IMG/VR virus record: IMGVR_UViG_2852300590_000011
Length of the DNA: 64,000 nucleotides
DNA from: an uncultured virus (IMG/VR IMGVR_UViG_2852300590_000011)
Taxonomy: Duplodnaviria > Heunggongvirae > Uroviricota > Caudoviricetes
Strand: one strand, 5' to 3'
The notes beneath the pieces were generated by a model. The model did not search any database. It had not been told where the DNA came from and was given only the letters and a program-made list of their open reading frames with translations. Position numbers and translations under genes: made by a program. Positions 1-9,452 of this stretch are shown piece by piece (positions within the stretch are counted from its first letter, which is position 1; each line of letters starts with the position of its first letter).

Positions 1-1128
1 TTAAATCACGATTTTTATCCAATCTTTCCCTCGATCATCATGGTATTTATCCGTTTGAATTTGGTTTTTATGACCCAGCAAATCTTTAGTGTTTATACCT
101 TGTGCTCGATATAACCTTTCAGATAAAGAGCGCTGTTCGTGAAATGTTGCAGGTGTTCCTTCTCCCCAATCAATATCCGTTTTATTTCTCGCCTTTTTAA
201 AGTTAGTCGTTAGTGTATTTGCTGTAACTTGTTCGCCACGTTTAGATTGTGAAGTGGTATGAAAATAATGAATAAGATAAGGGCTAATAACGCGATCACG
301 ACAACGAGCAACAACTTCACGTAATGACATATTTAATTGTTCAGAACGTAGTGATAATGGAATAGCTAATTTGGTGCCAGTTTTTTCTTGGATAATATGC
401 AAATGATCATCCCAAATATCACTAAACTTCATTGCCGAGATATCACCTAATCGTTGGCCTGTAATAAGTGCAAGCAACATGGCATTGCCCATATAACGAT
501 GTTGTTTGTCAGCAATCTCAAATATCTTTTTCCATTCATCAAAATTAAGGCGTTGGCGAGTTACTTTTCGTTTCGGTTGTTTAGTGGCGAGGGCAGGGTT
601 ATAACCAGGAGGAACTTCACCTGCATGTTGTGCTTCTTTAAATACATCAATTAAAACAGAACGAATAACTTGTGCCATTCTGTGCTGGCCATTAGATTTA
701 TACTCATCAAGAATTTCAGCAATATCTCTGGCATCAACAGCTGGTAATGGTTTCATGGATAAGGCTTGCCTCATTAAATCGACTGGCTTCCTTTTTTGTT
801 TATATGTATTTGGCTTTATATCACCTTCTTTTAAACGTTCTTCTTGAATAGCCCAGTATTTATCTAACCAAGTATTAACCGTGATTTCTTTACCTTTAAT
901 TTTTGCCACCCGATCACTAATAGCCATAACTTGCCGGCTTCGTTGTTCTGCTAACCTTGTATTAGCTTCAATGGCTATTGCTTTGGCCTCGGCTTCATTG
1001 TCACCGAGGGCATGATATTTACCTGTTACAGGATGGCGGTAACGCCAATAAACCTTGCTGGCTTTACGACTAAGTAATGGATAAAGGTTAGGAATATTGA
1101 CGTTATTCTTACGAGGTCTGGCAGCCAT
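1..1128 (-). CDS. int: Lambda-family tyrosine integrase
   Basis: N-terminal arm-binding domain (MAARPRK..NLY), TGQRLGD, HEQRSL, LLGH..QTDKY catalytic motifs. Confidence 0.95.
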   Translation of the reverse strand: MAARPRKNNVNIPNLYPLLSRKASKVYWRYRHPVTGKYHALGDNEAEAKAIAIEANTRLAEQRSRQVMAISDRVAKIKGKEITVNTWLDKYWAIQEERLKEGDIKPNTYKQKRKPVDLMRQALSMKPLPAVDARDIAEILDEYKSNGQHRMAQVIRSVLIDVFKEAQHAGEVPPGYNPALATKQPKRKVTRQRLNFDEWKKIFEIADKQHRYMGNAMLLALITGQRLGDISAMKFSDIWDDHLHIIQEKTGTKLAIPLSLRSEQLNMSLREVVARCRDRVISPYLIHYFHTTSQSKRGEQVTANTLTTNFKKARNKTDIDWGEGTPATFHEQRSLSERLYRAQGINTKDLLGHKNQIQTDKYHDDRGKDWIKIVI

Positions 1129-1378
1129 CTTTGAGGATCCTTTGTAAAATAGGGTTATCGTTGTTATTGATAACCGGTGATGTCAAATTACCGACAAGGT
1201 CAGCATCTTCTCTCACGCGCCAAATGCCACCTTCTTTCCTTGCTGGTGGGTAGAACAGGCCACCACGAGCATATCGTTGTAGCGTTCCTAACTTTGGTGG
1301 ACGACTTTTATATCTTTCTTGCGCCCACTCCTCTAAAGTCAACATTTGCATATTTTTCTCTCCACACTGTCCGTACAC
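1109..1378 (-). CDS. xis: Excisionase (start probably the internal MQMLTLEEW)
   Basis: LTLEEWA..Y...P...TL.RYAR.G..YPP..KEG..WRV motif; overlaps the int start. Confidence 0.88.
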   Translation of the reverse strand: MYGQCGEKNMQMLTLEEWAQERYKSRPPKLGTLQRYARGGLFYPPARKEGGIWRVREDADLVGNLTSPVINNNDNPILQRILKDGCQTS

Positions 1379-1412
1379 AGTTTAAATAGATATTAGTCAA
1401 TGCTGGTGGTTA

Positions 1413-1976
1413 TTAGCCCTTTTTCTCTTTATAAAGTTCATTAAAACGGCGTAAGAATAGGGATTTTGCTTGTCGAGGGGGTAGCGGGGTGACAGCAAAA
1501 TCGCTAGCTGGAATACCTTCAAGCATTAACCAGTTACTACCTGCATCAATGTCTAAATCACGCTTTTCTGTGGCTAACATCACTAGGTCTGCAAAATGGA
1601 CTTCATCAGATATATTTTCAGGTAACCCAAACTTTTTGCGGATCATTTTTTCCACACGCAATTCAATTAATTTATATTCAGGCAATAACTTTTTAAGTGG
1701 TGACGGTAGGTCTTTGACATAAGCTTCACTGGCATCATGAAGTAGGGCCTCTAAAGCAAATTCAGGTGCAACTAAATAACTTGCATATACAGAATGCTGA
1801 GCAACAGAATAGAAATTATCAATCTGTCCATTAAAGCGACACTCATTAGCTAAACCTGTCGCAATATCTTGAATGTCTATATCTTCGATCCGTACATCGA
1901 GATAATAGAAATGTTTATTTGTTGCTGTTGCAATATAAGACATTATTCTCTCCACACAATTTACAAATGCCACCAA
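1413..1976 (-). CDS. HD-domain hydrolase, YfdR-like 5'-deoxynucleotidase
   Basis: CRFNGQ..FYSVAQHSV and EALLHDASEAY motifs. Confidence 0.85.
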   Translation of the reverse strand: MVAFVNCVERIMSYIATATNKHFYYLDVRIEDIDIQDIATGLANECRFNGQIDNFYSVAQHSVYASYLVAPEFALEALLHDASEAYVKDLPSPLKKLLPEYKLIELRVEKMIRKKFGLPENISDEVHFADLVMLATEKRDLDIDAGSNWLMLEGIPASDFAVTPLPPRQAKSLFLRRFNELYKEKKG

Positions 1977-1999
1977 GTTAGTGGCATTTGTGCGATTAA

Positions 2000-2827
2000 T
2001 TACGCTGAAAATTTACCAATGAATGTTTCGATTTTGCTTTCATCGAATTCATTGCAAAGCATATCTCGAAACTCTTGAGCGATTTGTTCTTCAAGTTTTT
2101 CAAGTTGAATGATTCGAAGAACTAAAACGGGAATATCATCACCAGTGAGTACGCTATAACGTAATTTAATGCTACGTTCTTTTAATTCGTCATAAGGAGT
2201 ACAAGTAAACTGGAATGTAGCAGGCATAATGTCTTTGCTTCTTGCTTCAACATTTTCTAACACTGAGCGTTTAGCACTAAAATCAGCATCTTCATGTTCA
2301 GCAGAGCGTGTTGATTCAATCGTAATACGACGAACAGCAGAAATAGCTTGTTTGATATCTAAAACATTACCGTCAGCATCAAATGCCATTAAATAATCGT
2401 GCCAATCTTCTAACCACTCGGCTAATTGTTTTTGACGATATTTAACACCATCCATTTTTAATAATGCTGTGAATGGGGCGGTTTGTTTTAATTTCACAAT
2501 AGCAGTGTTATCAGCATGACCTGCTTTACCTATTGTGCCGAGATTAAAAATAGTTTCGGCACTCATTTCATCGGCATCAATAAAGCAGCTAACACCTTCA
2601 TCAATTGCATTCTTGATTGAGTATTTAACAAAGTCGCTGATACTGGTTGTTTTCATTTCCCCGCGAAAACGGAAACGACCTTCTTGTAAATTTTCTAAAC
2701 TACTTACTTTAAAGTCATTCGGAAGCACAATCGCTGGACAAAGAGATTTTTCTATTGCTTCGAGGCTTAATGAAGCCACGGTCATATCTTGAATTTGCGA
2801 AATAGCATTACCGTCTAATTGAGACAT
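2000..2827 (-). CDS. DUF2303/YfdQ-family phage protein
   Basis: RFRFRG, FNLGT...GHADN, QKQLAEWLEDW; yfdPQR-like synteny. Confidence 0.82.
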   Translation of the reverse strand: MSQLDGNAISQIQDMTVASLSLEAIEKSLCPAIVLPNDFKVSSLENLQEGRFRFRGEMKTTSISDFVKYSIKNAIDEGVSCFIDADEMSAETIFNLGTIGKAGHADNTAIVKLKQTAPFTALLKMDGVKYRQKQLAEWLEDWHDYLMAFDADGNVLDIKQAISAVRRITIESTRSAEHEDADFSAKRSVLENVEARSKDIMPATFQFTCTPYDELKERSIKLRYSVLTGDDIPVLVLRIIQLEKLEEQIAQEFRDMLCNEFDESKIETFIGKFSA

Positions 2828-2892
2828 GAGTAGACTCCTACTTATTTAAAAGTATTAAATTAAATGGATAGGTTTAATTAAAAATAAGAAAA

Positions 2893-3267
2893 CTAATTAA
2901 TGGCTTTTAATTTACCATCGGGCTGACCTTGTAAAGAAAATAATTGACCTTGATCTTCTTGCATAATGGTCAACTTGCCGCCTTTACCCACGTACATAGG
3001 TGTTTTGGTGGTATCTTCCTCAGTCCGTTTTCCTCTAGGTGTTGGTGCAGAGAATTTAAGCTTATGAGTTATTTCAACTCGTTTTTCTTCCATTGAATTA
3101 CTAAGGCGAGCAAAATCTAATTCAATAGTGACTTTGCCTTTTCCACCATTATTTAAAACGCCTAAAGCCACATCATTTAAAACAGCAGAGACTTTATTTT
3201 CAAAAACGCCAGCATCTAATTCAGAAAGAAAGTCAGGGACATTTGTCTTACGATCTTCTTGGCTCAT
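2893..3267 (-). CDS. YfdP-like phage protein
   Basis: TNVPDFLSELDAGVF...EEDTTKTPMYVGKGGKL; synteny. Confidence 0.75.
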   Translation of the reverse strand: MSQEDRKTNVPDFLSELDAGVFENKVSAVLNDVALGVLNNGGKGKVTIELDFARLSNSMEEKRVEITHKLKFSAPTPRGKRTEEDTTKTPMYVGKGGKLTIMQEDQGQLFSLQGQPDGKLKAIN

Positions 3268-3596
3268 TTCTATAACCTCACGTTATCACTTCACACAATA
3301 AGAAAGGGTACTAGCGAGTTGATATAATCCTGATATGACATTTCACAAAGAATGCCAGTACCCTTACTTATTGTTAGATTTGATAAAAATGGCTGACTGA
3401 GCAGAACATTATCACCACAACCCCTTTTAATGGTAAAAGACTCAGCCAGCCATTGTTTCTCTTCACACGTTCTCTTCACACTTCAAATATTGTGCCTGAT
3501 TATTTTCCCACCTCAGGCGGTGGTGGTTTCTGCTATTCCCCAACAGACAGAAATTGATTATTATTAATACACCCCAACAAGCAGAAGGATGATTTA

Positions 3597-3713
3597 ATGA
3601 TAACTTATGAAGAAAAGCAGCTTCCTAGAAAACCGGCACCATCAGAGAAATTAACACCTGATGGTCAAGTGCCTAGGAGACCAGCACCTCAACCAAAGCC
3701 ACCCCAAAAATAA
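3597..3713 (+). CDS. 38-aa proline-rich peptide (not in the ORF track)
   Basis: MITYEEKQLPRKPAPSEKLTPDGQVPRRPAPQPKPPQK, preceded by an AGGA RBS; its stop abuts the AGGAG RBS of the next gene. Confidence 0.65.
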   Translation: MITYEEKQLPRKPAPSEKLTPDGQVPRRPAPQPKPPQK

Positions 3714-3725
3714 AGGAGTGTTACC

Positions 3726-4193
3726 GTGAACCACCAGGACCCAATTTTTACAATTACTAGCTCTTACTATCTAAACGAAATGCAAAGTGTTGTTTCAGGT
3801 AGGATCGATAAATTTATATCAATCGCACTATTTATCCTTGGTGGTTCTGTTATGGCCTCTTTCTCTAACATGTTCATCATAGGGGCGCTTATTTCAGCGC
3901 TATCAGCAATTCAAATTTTTTGCCAATTTGGTAAACAATCTGACGCCTCTAATGACAGAGCCAAGCAATATTTAGCATTAATGCATGATGCGTCAAAGCT
4001 TACTGAAGAAGAATTACACCAAAAAATAGGCAGCCTATTACAAAGTGACGTATTTGTTTTTGGCTCCTTGTATAATCCCGCGTATAAACGTGCCGCTATT
4101 CACTTAGGATTGCCGGACGATACGAAACTTACAAGGTTTGAGTCTGTAATGGCTTGGCTCGCAGGTGACCTGCCTATTTCCCCACATAATTGA
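3726..4193 (+). CDS. Two-TM membrane protein, SLATT-like topology (moron)
   Basis: Strong RBS, two adjacent hydrophobic helices followed by a helical tail; opposite strand to the pL operon. Confidence 0.7.
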   Translation: MNHQDPIFTITSSYYLNEMQSVVSGRIDKFISIALFILGGSVMASFSNMFIIGALISALSAIQIFCQFGKQSDASNDRAKQYLALMHDASKLTEEELHQKIGSLLQSDVFVFGSLYNPAYKRAAIHLGLPDDTKLTRFESVMAWLAGDLPISPHN

Positions 4194-4212
4194 TTCTCTT
4201 CACATATAAAAA

Positions 4213-4425
4213 TCATTTACTTTGTATCTGAATAGCGCTTTTACTGATGTACTCTGCTATTTCGGCATCTAGCTTTTTTACATCGCTCATTAGTCTTTCT
4301 CGCTTACCGTGTAAAACAGGGAGATAATCTATGCACTGCAACTTGCCCCTCATCCACTTTGCGATATCTTCGTTAGTGAAACCATCTGGCGCAATGATTA
4401 CGGGTTCTGTTGTCATTTGATTCAC
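4213..4425 (-). CDS. Small hypothetical early-left protein
   Basis: First ORF downstream of the putative pL/OL region. Confidence 0.6.
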   Translation of the reverse strand: MNQMTTEPVIIAPDGFTNEDIAKWMRGKLQCIDYLPVLHGKRERLMSDVKKLDAEIAEYISKSAIQIQSK

Positions 4426-4452
4426 CTAAGTTGTAATTAATGCTTTATTTAA

Positions 4453-4512
4453 AACACCTTTTGGTTGTTATGATAATTGTAAAAATGAAAAAGTCAACAA
4501 CTTTATGTTGTT
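4453..4512. promoter_or_regulatory. Putative OL operators
   Basis: 17-bp imperfect palindromes AACACCTTTTGGTTGTT (4453-4469) and AACAACTTTATGTTGTT (4496-4512); the second differs by one base from the site at 6168. Confidence 0.65.
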
Positions 4513-4558
4513 TGATTTGTTTTAAATAAAATTTAACTATAAGCTCAAAGGAGGATAT

Positions 4559-5446
4559 ATGAACGCTAACCCTGCATTTAACTACAAAAGAAATCGTGAC
4601 AAGTTATTCGCTAATTTAATATCAATCATTGATGGTATTCTTTCCGACGGGGAGCTATCTGATACGGAAATTTTATATGTAACTACATGGCTTAATGAGT
4701 CACATCAAATATCTGATAACCCATTTATTCAACTACTTAAGGACAGAATTACTCGAATTTTAGATGACGGGATTATAACCAAAGAAGAAAGATTAGATCT
4801 AGTTCAAACCTTAAAAAATGTACAACAGTCAATCATGGATATGCCCAGTGTTGACTTGTATTCAAAAGAATCAGATGTAAATTTGTTAATCGGGCTTTGC
4901 AAAGGGATAGTTGCAGATAAAAAACTCGAAGTTGATGAGATAAATTATCTCGATTGGTGGTTATCTAAGAATGGTCAGTTAAAAAAAAATTATCCTGGGA
5001 AATATCTTTATGAACTCATTAAGAAAATAAAAAAAGATGGGGTGATCAATAAAGACGAAAGCCAACTTTTATATCAAGCTTTAGTTGACTTTTCTGGTAC
5101 AGATCTTGAATACGGTGTTGTGGACGGTATGTCCTCTATATTACCTTGTGACCAATTAGATGTAGTGGAGGTCAAAAATTCATCTTTCTGTTTAACAGGT
5201 AGTTTTATATCAGGGAAAAGAGCTACTATAGCTGAAAGAATTAACAGTGCTGGTGGCTCAATTGTTGATAGAGTGACACATAATACTCATTTTCTTGTAA
5301 TTGGAGCTATGTCTTCTCGAGATTGGAGGTTTTCAAGTTACGGCAGAAAAATAGAAAAAGCTATCCTTGATCGTGATAATGGAAGATCTAATGTAAAAAT
5401 AATAACAGAAGAGCTGTTAATTAAATCACTACCAGCTTCTCGATGA
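4559..5446 (+). CDS. BRCT-domain protein with duplicated TerB-like N-terminal repeats
   Basis: Repeats L.....GILSDGELSDTEI.....WL and L.GL.KGIVADKKLEVDEI..L.WWL; C-terminal FCLTGSF..G.R...GG......T..T.FLVIG.....YGRKIEKA. Confidence 0.8.
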   Translation: MNANPAFNYKRNRDKLFANLISIIDGILSDGELSDTEILYVTTWLNESHQISDNPFIQLLKDRITRILDDGIITKEERLDLVQTLKNVQQSIMDMPSVDLYSKESDVNLLIGLCKGIVADKKLEVDEINYLDWWLSKNGQLKKNYPGKYLYELIKKIKKDGVINKDESQLLYQALVDFSGTDLEYGVVDGMSSILPCDQLDVVEVKNSSFCLTGSFISGKRATIAERINSAGGSIVDRVTHNTHFLVIGAMSSRDWRFSSYGRKIEKAILDRDNGRSNVKIITEELLIKSLPASR

Positions 5447-6112
5447 CCAAAAAACCCTTCCAATAATATGTACTCGAGCAGCCATCTCGTTTTTACTGAG
5501 CTGCTCATCTGGGTACTCATCTTTATTAAAGCTTTTAATAATTATTCCGCCATCTGGCTGATAAACTAATATTTTCACCCTCAATAAAACTCCATCACGT
5601 ATTGCGTAAAGATCACCATCACGTATATCTCTCTTACTAATATCCACGGCTACTAAATCACCGCTATTTAATACGGGGTATAGACTATTCCCAATGATTT
5701 TTACTATACGAGCATTATTTGCACTAACGTTATGCTTTCTCAACTCATCTCTGCGAAAAGGATAAGTGTACTCTTCCAGTTCAATTAATTCTGCATTAGC
5801 TCCAGAACCCGCAGATAACTCTATGTCCAACACAGGAATACCAATAAAATCACTGTTATGATACCCAATATCTTCCCATTCTTTGACTTCAAAGTTTGTT
5901 TTAGAACCGTTTTCGTCTGGCGCTCCAAACTGTAACCAGTGAGCAGAGACACCGACTGCATGTGCAATATCTTCAATTTTGCGAGGAAATGCCGTTTGGC
6001 CTGATTCAATTTTTTGAATAGACTGCTGACTAACTCCTACTTTATCCGCTAATTCCGCTTGACTTAAACCCGCTTTTAATCTGGCAGATAACAGTCTTTC
6101 TGCAATCGACAT
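5429..6112 (-). CDS. cI: CI-like repressor (XRE HTH plus S24 peptidase)
   Basis: HTH LSQAELADKVGVSQQSIQKIE; SAG cleavage site; GNSLYP and RVK S24 motifs. Confidence 0.92.
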   Translation of the reverse strand: MSIAERLLSARLKAGLSQAELADKVGVSQQSIQKIESGQTAFPRKIEDIAHAVGVSAHWLQFGAPDENGSKTNFEVKEWEDIGYHNSDFIGIPVLDIELSAGSGANAELIELEEYTYPFRRDELRKHNVSANNARIVKIIGNSLYPVLNSGDLVAVDISKRDIRDGDLYAIRDGVLLRVKILVYQPDGGIIIKSFNKDEYPDEQLSKNEMAARVHIIGRVFWSSRSW

Positions 6113-6142
6113 AACAACCTCCGCTTATTTTTAAGTGTATTT

Positions 6143-6184
6143 TACAACTTTAAGTGTTTATTTATCCAACATCTTTATGTTGTT
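6143..6184. promoter_or_regulatory. Putative OR operators between cI and cro
   Basis: AACATCTTTATGTTGTT (6168-6184) and the related ACAACTTTAAGTGTT (~6144-6158). Confidence 0.65.
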
Positions 6185-6236
6185 AGTTTGGTTGTTATGT
6201 TTTATTATTAAGTTGTTTTAACAACCAGGGGGTGTT

Positions 6237-6500
6237 ATGAATAAAACAACCAGTACCGATTGTGTGAGCGGTTTAAAAAAGGCAATCGATAAGTCAGGTG
6301 GGCAGACTCATCTAGCGAAGCTAATAACAGACATATCAGGTAAGACCGTAAAGCAACAGCAAGTATGGAATTGGCTAAATAGAAATAAGCGAATTCCTTC
6401 AGATAAAGTTTTATTTGTTGAACTGGCAACAGGCATACCAAGGGATCAACTGCGACCAGATCTTTACCCAAATAAAACTGACGGTTTACCAAAACCATAG
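6237..6500 (+). CDS. cro: Cro/YdaS-like regulator
   Basis: Divergent from cI; GGQTHLA...QQQVWNW...LRPDLY. Confidence 0.85.
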   Translation: MNKTTSTDCVSGLKKAIDKSGGQTHLAKLITDISGKTVKQQQVWNWLNRNKRIPSDKVLFVELATGIPRDQLRPDLYPNKTDGLPKP

Positions 6501-6551
6501 CAAAACCATTCAAACAGTTTAACTACAAGAAGTTATCAACGGTGGTAGGAA

Positions 6552-7010
6552 ATGAATAGTCAATCAATAAAACAGGTAGTGAAAGACATGTGTGAGGCGA
6601 CAGCTGGTGGACGTGAGGCGATGGCTGGAGCACTAGGTCTGTCTTTAACATCATTCAACAACAAGCTTTATGAGAAAAACGGTTGTCGTTCATTTGATTT
6701 AAACGAGTTGTTCGCGATGCAAGATATTTCTAAGACCGTTTTATTTGCTGAATTTGTCGCTCGTGAATCAAACCGTTTACTCGTGGACAGAATTAGCCCT
6801 GCTGATTTAGATCAGACAGAACTATTCACATTACGTAGCAATGTTGACGAAATGCAGGGGCGTTTAGCGTTATTGATGAAAGACAGTTTAGCTGATGGCG
6901 TTATTGATAACGAAGAAGAGCAGAAAATAAAAATGATGCTGGATGGATTAATTTCGCAGATCCGCACATTTATGAATGCGTTTGTTTCGTTGCATCAAAA
7001 GAGAAATTAA
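6552..7010 (+). CDS. YmfL-family (CII-like) regulator
   Basis: GGREAMAGALG....FNNKLYEKNGCR.F motif. Confidence 0.8.
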   Translation: MNSQSIKQVVKDMCEATAGGREAMAGALGLSLTSFNNKLYEKNGCRSFDLNELFAMQDISKTVLFAEFVARESNRLLVDRISPADLDQTELFTLRSNVDEMQGRLALLMKDSLADGVIDNEEEQKIKMMLDGLISQIRTFMNAFVSLHQKRN

Positions 7011-7099
7011 AGATGGCTATATCCAGAAAGGGTGAAGCCAAAGGTGTACGGCCTCTGGCTTCGGTTTGCCAAATTTCAATTGTGTGAAGAGAAATTAGC

Positions 7100-7309
7100 A
7101 TGAGTAGATTAGCGCATTTAGTACCTAAAAAGCAATTCCGGTGTTTACCTGTCTCAGGTCGTCAGTCATTTCGCTATGTAGAAATCATAGTCTCTGACAA
7201 ACAACCAGACAACTACAAGAAACCTGCATGTTTGGTAGATAGGCAGGCTCTTAAAAAGGCGTGGACTGATTTTTATTTTTCAAGTGGAGAGCGGGGCAAT
7301 GAGCAATGA
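7100..7309 (+). CDS. Hypothetical phage protein
   Basis: ORF within the early-right operon. Confidence 0.55.
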   Translation: MSRLAHLVPKKQFRCLPVSGRQSFRYVEIIVSDKQPDNYKKPACLVDRQALKKAWTDFYFSSGERGNEQ

Positions 7310-7469
7310 GAACCCAAACCAACTTAATCGCTACTACAAAAATCACCGAGGTGTTGTTGTTCGTTATGACAGAGAAAAACAGCGCGTTATTTTTATGCTT
7401 GATGGTTGTGACGACCCACAGTGTGAACCTGTACAGCGTTTTAAAGAGAAGTACACAGGTATTAAGTAA
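7299..7469 (+). CDS. DUF4222-like small protein
   Basis: RYYKNHRG..V..YDRE.QRVIF..DG....CEPV.RF; ATG at 7299. Confidence 0.65.
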   Translation: MSNENPNQLNRYYKNHRGVVVRYDREKQRVIFMLDGCDDPQCEPVQRFKEKYTGIK

Positions 7470-7481
7470 TGAGGTGGCAAG

Positions 7482-8573
7482 ATGAGTTTATTATTACTAA
7501 AAAGTCGCCCTTTAGTCGTTATTCCTGAGTTAGCGGTACGTCTTGGTTTAAATGAGGCGATGCTGTTACAGCAAATTCAATATTGGTTAACTGAAACTAC
7601 TTCAGGTGTTGAATATGACGGCTCACGCTGGATTTATAACACCGTTGAGGAGTGGAAGGAGCAATTTCCTTTTTTCTCTGAATCAACGATTAAACGCGCT
7701 TTTGCTAATTTGAAAAAGCAGGGTGTTTTACGCATCGAGCAAATTAATAAATCGAACCATGACCGCACTAATTATTATGCGATTAATTACGATCACCACT
7801 TGCTAACCGATGAGGTCAATATGACCCAATCGAACAGTGATAATTCATCTAATCGAATAGTTCAAAATGACCTTATCGATAAGCGCAAATTGAAACCGTC
7901 AAACAGTTCAAAATGCGCTGTTCTGAACAGGTCAAAATGGCCTGATCTTACAGAGAATACAACAGAGATTACTTCAGAGAGTACAACAGAAACAGATCAT
8001 TCGTTGCAGAATTCTGACGAATCCAGCGACCAGCCGAAAAATGATTTTTTAACTCGTTATCCTGAAGCAGTGATTTACAGCGCTAACTTCCAAAAATGGG
8101 GCGATGAAGGTGATTTAAAAACGGCGAAATGGATGTTTGGTCGTGTTAAAAAACTGAATCCGTCCGCGTTAGAGCCTACTTGGTATGACTGGGCGAACGA
8201 TATCCGCCTGATGCGCCAAATCGATGGGCGTACCCATGAGAAAATTTGTGCCTTGTTCGATTGGGCTAACAAAGATTCATTCTGGCACAAAAATATTTTA
8301 AGTCCTCGAAAATTACGTAAACACTTTGATGAACTCACTATCCGTAGCCAAGAGCCAAGGAATGAACCAAAAGTTCAAGTTGACACCATTGAACGCGATA
8401 GTGCCTTTTCCCGCTTGATTGGCTCTCGCTCTAAACCTAAAAACCGCATTGAAGAAATTGCACTTGAGCTAGCAGGTAAAACAGGCATTCGTCGTATGAG
8501 TGAGTTTTCAGGTCGCCAAGCATGGAACAGCATTTGGAAGCAAGCGATAGAAATGTTACAGGAGACTCAGTAA
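7482..8573 (+). CDS. Phage replication initiator (O-like)
   Basis: MSLLLLKSRPLV..PELA..LGLNEA; WIYNT; WANDIRLM...FW..NILSP.KLR. Confidence 0.88.
   Translation: MSLLLLKSRPLVVIPELAVRLGLNEAMLLQQIQYWLTETTSGVEYDGSRWIYNTVEEWKEQFPFFSESTIKRAFANLKKQGVLRIEQINKSNHDRTNYYAINYDHHLLTDEVNMTQSNSDNSSNRIVQNDLIDKRKLKPSNSSKCAVLNRSKWPDLTENTTEITSESTTETDHSLQNSDESSDQPKNDFLTRYPEAVIYSANFQKWGDEGDLKTAKWMFGRVKKLNPSALEPTWYDWANDIRLMRQIDGRTHEKICALFDWANKDSFWHKNILSPRKLRKHFDELTIRSQEPRNEPKVQVDTIERDSAFSRLIGSRSKPKNRIEEIALELAGKTGIRRMSEFSGRQAWNSIWKQAIEMLQETQ
7814..7945. repeat. Replication-origin iterons inside the initiator gene
   Basis: GKTCAAWATGNCC-like units at 7814, 7860, 7883, 7906 and 7930 (23-24-bp period, with the 7837 position degenerate). 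Confidence 0.7.
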
Positions 8574-8653
8574 TGCTAACTAAATACATTTTGTTCGTTG
8601 GTTTTTGGTTTGTAGTGACATTATTGATTGGGTTATGGGGTACTTATGCCTGA
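8573..8653 (+). CDS. 26-aa single-TM peptide
   Basis: MLTKYILFVGFWFVVTLLIGLWGTYA; TAATG overlap with the rep stop codon; GGAG upstream. Confidence 0.55.
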   Translation: MLTKYILFVGFWFVVTLLIGLWGTYA

Positions 8654-8729
8654 GTTGATGTTAATGGATATTGTGAAGGAGAGAATAATCTGCCCATTTA
8701 ATCACGTGATGTACGGTCACGAGTAAAAC

Positions 8730-9452
8730 GTGGAGAGAAATAGCATGATGCAAAAAATAATGGAAGTTTCAGTATTACCCATAATGAATCGTGAATTAAC
8801 TATGTCGAGTCGAGAGATTGCCAGTTTAACGGGAAGTAATCATTCCGATGTTAAGCGTTCTGCCGATAGGCTTTTTGTTGCTCAAATTTTAACCCAGCCA
8901 TTGGCTGAGTTCCCTTTTGAACATAACGGCAATCAATATACTGAATATCGTTTTAATAAAAGAGACTCTCTGGTGTTGGTAGCTCGATTGTCACCTCAGT
9001 TCACAGCAAAAATAGTTGATCGCTGGCAGGAATTAGAATCAAAAATGCAGCCAGTCATTCCTCAAACATTACCAGAAGCATTGCGATTAGCAGCAGACTT
9101 AGCAGAAGAAAAACAAAAATTGGAAAGTGAACTGGCGATTGCGACACCTAAGGCTCAGTTTGTTGATAATTATGTTTTATCCCATGGTTCTATGACATTT
9201 CGACAAGTGTGTAAATTACTGCAGGCGAAAGAAACCGATTTTCGTTGTTTTTTAATTGATAAGAAAATTATGTATCGCTTGAATAATACGTTTACGCCTT
9301 ATCAAACTCATGTCGATCTTGGTCGCTTTGAGATAAAAACGGGAACGAACCAAAAAAATAACCACGCTTTTGCACAATCAAGGTTTACTACTAAAGGTGT
9401 GAAGTGGATTGCAGGGTTATGGGCTGAATATAAAGTTGAGGATGAGATTTAA
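8730..9452 (+). CDS. Rha-N/KilAC antirepressor-like protein
   Basis: TMSSREIA, SPQFTAKIVDRWQELE, PQTLPEALRLAAD, RFTTKG..W. Confidence 0.88.
   Translation: MERNSMMQKIMEVSVLPIMNRELTMSSREIASLTGSNHSDVKRSADRLFVAQILTQPLAEFPFEHNGNQYTEYRFNKRDSLVLVARLSPQFTAKIVDRWQELESKMQPVIPQTLPEALRLAADLAEEKQKLESELAIATPKAQFVDNYVLSHGSMTFRQVCKLLQAKETDFRCFLIDKKIMYRLNNTFTPYQTHVDLGRFEIKTGTNQKNNHAFAQSRFTTKGVKWIAGLWAEYKVEDEI

Noticed and set aside
3291..3479. 62-aa ORF in the pL operon
   Set aside because: No recognisable motif or clear RBS; cannot be supported.
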